From an uncultured Deferribacteres bacterium (GTDB taxonomy: Bacteria > Zhuqueibacterota > Zhuqueibacteria > Zhuqueibacterales > Geothermadaptataceae), in assembly GCA_964014485.1 (NCBI GenBank), contig CAXHAT010000039.1:1-47228 (forward strand): DNA of 47,228 nucleotides, written 5' to 3'. Shown here one piece after another: positions 46,919 through 47,228 of this stretch (position 1 is the first letter of the stretch; each line of letters begins with the position of its first letter). Both the position numbers and the translations under genes were made by a program. Under the pieces are notes generated by a model. The model searched no databases. It was not told the origin of the DNA and was given only the letters and a program-made list of their open reading frames with translations.

Positions 46919-47228
46919 ATGAGAAGCTATACGCTCCGCTTATTCACCAGCTTGCTCCTGCTCCCTTTCCTTGCCATTCCGCTATTGCTCCTTTTGCATA
47001 AGGTTTTCTATGTGGAAGCGGCGTTCAACGACGGCCCAATTTTGTTAGGGATTTGGTTGCTAATTTTTCTCGCGGCGCATTTTGTTTATTCAAGGATTGG
47101 CGCTTCTCGATTCAAAAAGTTGGACGAACTCGGCTGGGGATTTTTGCAAGTCAACGATCTGCCTCGAGTAACCAAGGTTTTTGGGCAGTTAGAAGCGCTT
47201 TTTGACGGCGGCCTCCTTTCTCGCGGCA
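46919..47228 (+). CDS. Hypothetical membrane protein, runs off the window's right edge
   Basis: Open frame from ATG 46919 to the window end: MRSYTLRLFTSLLLLPFLAIPLLLLL...GPILLGIWLLIFLAAHFVY..., with two hydrophobic segments. Confidence 0.65.
   Translation, partial: MRSYTLRLFTSLLLLPFLAIPLLLLLHKVFYVEAAFNDGPILLGIWLLIFLAAHFVYSRIGASRFKKLDELGWGFLQVNDLPRVTKVFGQLEALFDGGLLSRG

Overview
A 47-kb gene-dense bacterial window with about 43 protein genes. I found no rRNA, tRNA, CRISPR array or transposase. Housekeeping and metabolic genes: lactonase, rlmB, rpiA, dusB, menC/NSAR, M16 and M24 peptidases, an amidohydrolase, and a GlnA4-like gamma-glutamylation trio. Accessory genes: two toxin-antitoxin pairs, a YeeE/YedE pair separated from an MBL-rhodanese gene by a serpin + HEAT-repeat pair, and a minus-strand envelope/ABC export block. 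The best candidate for an undescribed system is a three-gene unit at 2257-6353. It encodes an asparagine-synthetase-like ATP pyrophosphatase lacking the glutaminase Cys, a radical SAM enzyme resembling the archaeal RaSEA/TIGR01210 family, and a PrnC-like flavin-dependent halogenase that carries an in-frame palindromic DNA insertion. Small selfish DNA is abundant: REP hairpins, two MITE-like elements with target-site duplications (one nested in a REP, one splitting an ORF), and a four-helix-bundle gene bracketed by inverted heptamer arrays inside an ABC operon. Two genes are frameshifted (a cyanophycinase and a Ser/Thr kinase fragment). All family calls come from reading motifs by eye; no database search was run.
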